Source of the DNA: the human T2T-CHM13v2.0 reference genome, Homo sapiens
Assembly (NCBI RefSeq): GCF_009914755.1
Contig: NC_060925.1
DNA length: 64,000 nt
Direction: 5' to 3' (one strand)
The notes below the pieces were generated by a model. That model ran no database searches, was not told where the DNA came from, and saw only the letters and a list, made by a program, of their open reading frames with translations. Shown here in pieces: positions 56,815 through 64,000 of this stretch (position 1 is its first letter; every line of letters starts with the position of its first letter). The position numbers and the translations under genes were made by a program.

Positions 56815-58026
56815 AAGTCAGATTTGATTTTAGCTTATTGCCAAACTTTCTTGATTTTCAGCTCCTTCTGGAACCCTGGCTGTGATGGAGGAGCAGAAAC
56901 AGAACATATTCAGGTCTTCCTCTGCATTTCCTCCTCAACTTGCTGATGCTTAAAAAATAGCAAGAATACAGTCTCATTCATGGAGTTACAACTATATTAA
57001 GCTTAGCCTATAGGAAGGGAGAATAAATAAGAGTGCACTAATTAATACATTCTGAAATATAGCCCTGGCAACTAACAGCTTAGGATTCCATCCTGATTTA
57101 TTACACTGACTCATCTCCCTAAGAGGTTAAGAGTTTCTCATAATGCAGGAAACGGGATCTCATTCACTTCTTCCATATGACCATTCACTCCAAACCCTCT
57201 CTCCACCAACTTCTCCTGCTTTATCTCAGGGCTGTAGACAATAACGCTTTTCACTGAAAACCAGGTCCCTTGCCAAGATTTCATTTTCCACTTCCCACTG
57301 GTGAGGCAGGCAGCCACCAGGTGTGGCATAGAAAACTCATAGAGGCATTCTATCTCTTTCATATCTTCCAGGGTGGCAGTGAAGCTACCAGTGCAGTTAT
57401 TTAGTATCAGGCATTTATTTTGAGATATCTTCTCTCTCTACTCAGTAACATGAAGAGATAGAAGGACTCCAGTGATGATGAAGTTTTAATTCCTAGCATT
57501 TTTCTATGTTGTCAGGTTGTCTTTTCTTTGAGGAATGCAATTACTGGAAGTGGGTAACAGAGCAAAGAAAATCCAACTAGTGTAGATGGAGAAAACATTT
57601 TAAATTGCTTCAAAATGAGATGATGCCACTGAGGTGATGAGATGAATAAAATCCTATTTTGGGCAAAATCCACAGATAGGATAGCACGCTTGCAGCAGAA
57701 GAGTATGGTTGTGATGGCCTGAGAAAGAAAGCCTTCTGGAAAAGTTCAAGAGAGAGTCTGTGATGTTTGTTTTGCATAGATGAGACAAAACAGGGAAGAT
57801 CAGAAGGAAGATTAGAGTAAAGGTTAATATTCCTAAGATATGACCCAATCGCTACAACCAAGGACTAAGCTTTGGGGTTGACTTTTATCCCATTTCTGTC
57901 CCTAGCCTGGTGCTTTTCTCCTTTTGCCTAATCATTATCAAAATCCTGCCACTCATCTCTCAAGGACCAGCAAGAGCCCCGCTTCCTTTCCCCAACCTTC
58001 CTAGACCACCCAGACATCACTATTAA

Positions 58027-58532
<506 letters not shown>

Positions 58533-58959
58533 TGATACACAATAAGAGTCAATATTTACCCTCAATAGGCATGTCAGGAAAGACAATAAATAATTTCAAT
58601 ATAGTATGACAAGCAGTTTGAAGAGATAAAGACAAAATTCTATGAGAAGCACGAGCTTCAAAAAGGCTCTAGGCTAAAAGGACCAGAAACCTTTTTCTAG
58701 GAAAAGTGAAAGTTATGCTGAAATACAAATTTTTCCAGAGGAAAAGAATGTCTCCATACTATTAATAACACGATGGGTGATCTTGACACGTTGTTGACTT
58801 GCTGACCACCACAGAACAAGCATCTTTTTCATGTCTCATCTGGTCTCTTCCTAAGCCCAGCCATCAGTATGTAGTCAAGACTTTCTATACAAATGATAGA
58901 TTACTGCTAGAAAACTCTAGCAAACTTTAAGTCTCCACTGTCAATTTGTTATATTAAAT

Positions 58960-59390
58960 AGTTTTTTATATATTATATAAAATATATATATTATATATAA
59001 AATATATATTATATATTATATATAAAATATATATTATATATTATAGATATAATAAATAAATAATATATAATATATTATATAATTATATATAATTGTACAA
59101 TTATATATAATTATATATATAATTGTACAATTATATATGATTATATATATAATTGTACAATTATATATATTTATATACAATTATACACATAATTATATAC
59201 AATTATACAATTATATACATAATTATATATATAATATACATAATTATATATTAATTATACAATTATATACATAATTATATATAATTATACAATTATATAC
59301 ATAATTATTATGTATATTATATTATATAATATTATATATTATATAATTATATGTAATTATATATAACAAATATATAAAAAATATAAAACA
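58960..59390. repeat. AT-rich minisatellite with palindromic 30-bp units
   Basis: Almost pure A/T; AATTGTACAATT at 59091, 59121 and 59151. Confidence 0.95.
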
Positions 59391-60129
59391 TATTTTTGCT
59401 TCTGTCCATTTTTATTAAGATGGAAGCTTTGGCTATATGTCCACTTATTTGTTTCCTTGCAGTTTTAAACTAAAGATTCTGATACATAAAAAGTGAGACC
59501 CAATCAATAGGCTCTTGGATTCCTTCCAATAGAACAGTTTTCAACAACCTCTCCTACTCTAGGGGTTCATATCGAAAGGACAGGAGAGATCACCAGTATT
59601 TTAAAATTCTGCTTCCAGATTCATAAATTTGGAATTGAATGCCTATACAGAATCCTTCATTTTTCAAAATGCATTCATTTTTACTAAAATCTGATTTTTG
59701 AATAAAATTCTGATACAAATATACAGTGACTACAAATGGATGAATCAAGAAGACATTTATGTTTTACTCCCCTAAAGTATATATGAGCCACTGTCAAACC
59801 CAAGAGGGAAATGTCTTAAATGACTTTATTTCCAGAAGCTCCCACGGCTCAATCACATGCTTGTTAATCCTCGGCAAGTCTCTGAAGCATGTTGTTAATC
59901 CGAAAACTCCCTCTCTTGAATCTCTACCTACCATGAGGTCAAATTCTTTCACACATGTATGGCCCTTCACATGTAGATTGATTCTTTCTCTAGGAATGGA
60001 TTCTAAGAATCAACAGTCATTTACAAAGTGACAACATGACAACACATTCTGTACAAATTCACCTGATTAGATGTGTCGAGAAAAAAGACGCAGGCCAGGT
60101 TCTGCAGTCCAGGACATATGAATGACTCC

Positions 60130-60300
60130 ACATGTCAACACTGCAGTCCAGAAATTAAAAACAAAATCTGGTTGTCATCTTGGTTGTACCACTAACTAGT
60201 TGTGACCTTGGAAAATTACTTAATCCCTCTGAACCTTGATTACTTATCTATAATAGAGGCATTAGAGCTACAGCTCCATAATACTTAAGAGGTCTTTGGA
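60130..60300 (+). mobile_element. MIR fragment
   Basis: CCACTAACTAGTTGTGACCTTGGAAAATTACTTAATCCCTCTGAACCT. Confidence 0.7.
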
Positions 60301-60862
60301 AAAAAACTAAGCTATCGTGTTACGGGCTTTTTTCCTTGTTTACTACCCTTGTTAGCTCCTTGCTCCATTTCTTTCATAAAAGGAAAAATGAGGGGAAAAA
60401 ATGCTATTAAGACATCAATAATTTTGAAATTAAACAGAAATATCATTGTACCTGTTGTTTTCCTGGTTCTTTACCTTGAGTGTACAAACATGATCAAATC
60501 TTACAGCCTTCAGGCTATGACATGCTGAAGAGCAGGTGATACGACTTGGGATGTTCACACAACAAATTTTTATTACATGTCGCTACATTAGACACTCTTC
60601 AAGCAAGGCACAAAACCAAAACCTCTTGAGATCAATAAGTAAGATCTAGAGAATGTTAGATAGTCATAGGTGATGAATCGAATGTGAGAAGTAAGGAAAA
60701 GGGAGAAATAAAGGATAATTCCGTCTGTTGGTATGTTTAGGGCTTGAGCCATTGGTTAGGTAATAGTGACATTTGGTGAGATCGGGGAAAATAGGTGGGG
60801 GAAGAGGGAATACAAGTTGGTGGAGGCCAGGCTGAATCAATTACTCTGTTTTGGAAATAGTA

Positions 60863-61023
60863 AGTTTGAGATGCCCACTAAACATCCAAATGCTGATATC
60901 ACGTAGGCAGTTAGACATGTGAGTCTGGAGCTTTGGACAGAAGAGTTTGAGATGCCTACTAAACATCCAAATGCTGATACCACGTAGGCAGTTAGACACA
61001 TGAGTCTGGAGCTTTGGACAGAA
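60863..61023 (+). repeat. 81-bp tandem duplication (2 copies)
   Basis: 60863-60942 vs 60944-61023, 4 mismatches. Confidence 0.95.
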
Positions 61024-61738
61024 ATTAGGGACAGAACTTCAATTTGGGAATCATGCCTCGTAGGTGGTTTTTAAAGCACTGGGTCTAGAGAGAAAGTATA
61101 GGTAGCCAAGACTATCCAGGATTGAGCTGTGAGAGGATCCAGTAGTTAGAGGTCAGGTAGAGGAGGCAGAGTCAGCATGAAAGACAGATTCAGCCAAAAC
61201 GGCAAGAAGAAAATTAAGAGAGTGTGGTGGCTCAAAACCAAAATAGTTTTTCAAAAATAAGCAAATGCTTAACTATGTAAAATACTGCTGAGGGGGGTGG
61301 GTAGATAAGGTGCCCACTGGATTCAGCAACATGAGAATCACTGGAAACTTTCCAAAGCACAATTTTAGTTGAGTAGTGGGGACAGAAATGAGACTGGAAT
61401 GAGTTGAAGAAAGAATAGGAAGTAAACAGATGGAGACTCATAGTCTAGTCAACCATCTCAGGAAGTTCTGTTCAGAAGGTCAGCAGGGAAAAATGATATG
61501 AAACCACAAGATTACTGGCTGGTATTTATATCCTAAAAGAGATGATCCAGTACAAGGACTGGTTGATGCAGAGACATTTGGAATCACTGATCAAAGACCC
61601 TTTGAAGGCAATCAGGGATAACTTCCAGAATCCAAGAGGAAGTCTCTTCTTCTACAGTATCAGGAGGAGATATAAAGATGTATATATGAGTGAATATCTT
61701 TTATAATTAGTGGTAGAAAGATAGTTTAAACATCTTCT

Positions 61739-61923
61739 GGCTGGGCTCGGTGACTGACGCCTGTAATCCCACCACTTTGGGAGGCTGAGGCAGGTGGATT
61801 ACCTGAGGTCGGGAGTTCAAGACCAGCCTGGCCAACAAGGTGAAACCCCATTTTTACTAAGAATACAAAAATTAGCCAGGCGTGATGGTGGGTGCCTGTA
61901 ATCCCAGCTACGCAGGAGGCTGA
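61739..61923 (+). mobile_element. AluS, 3'-truncated (no tail)
   Basis: Left arm, linker and start of right arm; ends abruptly at GGAGGCTGA. Confidence 0.93.
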
Positions 61924-62395
61924 AGAATGTAAGTGAAGTAAAGAGGAAAGTACAGAAAAGGAGAGATGGGCGGGTGAAAAACAGAGAAGGGGTTGGAAGC
62001 ATGAGCTCAGTGGGGTGAAACAATTGTTGCAGAAGGAATTACAAAGTACTGTGCTGGACAAAGAGGGGGAAGCCTCAGAAAATGGGATGCTCAGGACAGA
62101 GTTAGTGCACTTAACGATGATGACACAGTCCGAGGGAGTAGGTGCTGAGTTGGGAAATGGAGAGAAAAAAGTCAATGGAGGTGGGAAAATCAAGGGGCTG
62201 GTAGACTGGAGTCACCCTGTGTGGGTGTCAAATTCACCAGGACTGACAGCAGACATAGGGATGGAGAGGGTCACTGTGAGCCAAGAGCTCAAGTCATCCT
62301 CTTCAGATGAGAAAGAATGACCAGGAAGTCAGAAGATGATCTTAACAAGAGGCTGCATGAGTCACAAGAGAACTGAGAGTTTTGGAGAAAGGAGG

Positions 62396-62939
62396 TGTAT
62401 TAGTCCGGGTTCTCTAGAGGAACAGGACTAACAGGATAGATGTATATATGAAGGGGAGTCTATTAAGGAGTATTGACTTGCACGATCTCAAGGTAAAGTC
62501 CCACAGTAGGCCATCTGCAAGCTGAGGAGCAAGGAAGCCAGTCCAAGTCCCAAAACCTCAAAAGTAGGGAAGCTGACAGTGCACCCTTCAGTCTGTGGCC
62601 AAAGGCCCCAGAGCCCCTGGCAAACTAGCTAAGTCCAAGAGTCCAAAAGCTGAAGAATTTGAGTCTGATGTTTGAGGGCAGGAGGCACCCAGCACGGGAG
62701 AAAGATGGAGGCCAGAAGACTCAGGAAGTCTAGTCCTTCCGTGTCCCTCTGCCTGCTTTATTCTAGCCACACTGGCAGTTGATTAGATGGTGCCCACCCA
62801 GATTGAGGGTGGGCCTACCTCTCCCAGTCCACTGACTCAAATGTTAATCTCCTTTGGCAACACCCTCACAGACGCACCCAGGAATAAGACTTTGCATCCT
62901 TCAATCCAATCAAGTTGACACTCAATATTAACCATCACA
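62396..62939 (-). mobile_element. MLT2A (MLT2A2-like) HERV-L solo LTR
   Basis: TGTATTAGTCCGGGTTCTCTAGAGG...CAAGTTGACACTCAATATTAACCATCACA; perfect 5-bp TSD GGAGG. Confidence 0.95.
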
Positions 62940-63639
62940 GGAGGACTAAAACTTAGAAAAATGTTTAAGGTATTAAAATAAAAACAGCCTCCAGTGGAGA
63001 AAACCATAGGCAAAATGGTGTTATTGGAGGTTCCAGTTAGCAAGAAGTTCAGAAGAATGTTTCAGTTACACACTGTAAATGGTGAATCAGGTCCAGATTC
63101 CAAATACAGGACTTTTTCTACTTTATCACATTTGCTATATGGTAAATGTGTATTTTCTTTTTGAGACTTTTGTGAATATTTCTGGAGATAGGTGGAAAAT
63201 CACGGAGGAAGGCCGTGAAATCTCTCTAAGGTATATATGAGATTTCGATCTTAATTGCTTTCTGATAATATACACATTTATGCTCGCTTTTTAGCATTAT
63301 AAATAGAAATAACCTAAAATATGAATAATTAAATTATTTTTGATTAACCTGATTTTAATTAAAAAAGGAGTGTAGACATTCAAACATTTTCACCTTTCCT
63401 TTTTGTCTGTTTCCTCCTGTGACTGCATGTTAACCCTCTGCTTAGACACTGATATGAGAAGCCTTCCTGATACCATCAGCTGCTCCTTGTCGTTTTACTT
63501 CTTATTTTTCTTGAGCCCATATCTTACTCTCTTTGAGAACATCCCAGGTGAATTCTCCCAATTTGATATGATGTTAAGGATTTAAGAGGCCAAAATGTTG
63601 GAAATGTATGTTCACGCACACACACATACGCAATCCAAA

Positions 63640-63820
63640 TGTTGCCACTTTCTAGCTGTGTGACATTGACCTTATTTCCTAACTGCTTAACTGTACTGTA
63701 AAATGAAGGTAATAAAAGTAGCTATACCATACGGCAGTCACGGGAACTAAATAGGAAAACACATACATAGAGGGTAACAGAGCCTAAGGCATAGTGAGTA
63801 CTGAATGAATGTTAATTCTG
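63640..63820 (+). mobile_element. MIR
   Basis: GCCACTTTCTAGCTGTGTGAC...CTGTAAAATGAAGGTAATAA...GGCATAGTGAGTACTGAAT. Confidence 0.75.
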
Positions 63821-64000
63821 ATGCATGTTACATATGCACTGTGCATGTACATTTACATAGACATGCACACCTAAGGAGAAGAATAGGCTTCCCCTGAATT
63901 TCACATGTAGAAGTGAATGCTCTTCCTATGAACTTCTCTGTCTTCCTTTAAAACACTATTGACAAGCTCCCAATCTGTAGATCTTAAGCATCTAATCATG

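Larger units (their letters stand above)
60600..62390 (-). mobile_element. L2 remnant with internal tandem duplication and Alu fragment
   Basis: AAGTTTGAGATGCC...ACATCCAAATG...GTAGGCAGTT...GAGTCTGGAG; ACTGGATTCAGCAACATG. Confidence 0.75.

Overview
Primate (very likely human) non-coding genomic DNA. It is AT-rich and dominated by interspersed repeats: about 23 Alu copies/fragments (AluJ/S/Y), L1PA/L1PB/L1M fragments, L2 and MIR relics, DNA-transposon fossils (Tigger1, Tigger3a, MER20, MER3, MER69A, MER112, Charlie-type) and about a dozen solo LTRs (LTR12/ERV9, MLT2A/HERV-L, MST, MLT1, MER21, several ERV1 MER-group LTRs). I find no supportable host protein-coding gene, RNA gene, CpG island or CRISPR array; the ORF track is explained by repeats or chance. 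I do not see a convincing new biological system. The most notable unexplained structure is a set of local DNA-copying events. (i) A ~600-bp direct copy of nearby sequence is pasted into an ERV1 LTR. (ii) A ~210-bp inverted copy of an L1/MER20/LTR junction is pasted into that same LTR. (iii) A polyadenylated LTR fragment appears to have retrotransposed into an Alu. Also notable are an intact NF-Y-rich LTR12 promoter facing a DUX4-motif MLT2A LTR, and a perfect AT-rich palindrome. Family and subfamily names come from recalled consensus sequences and need RepeatMasker/Dfam confirmation; boundaries of old repeats are approximate.
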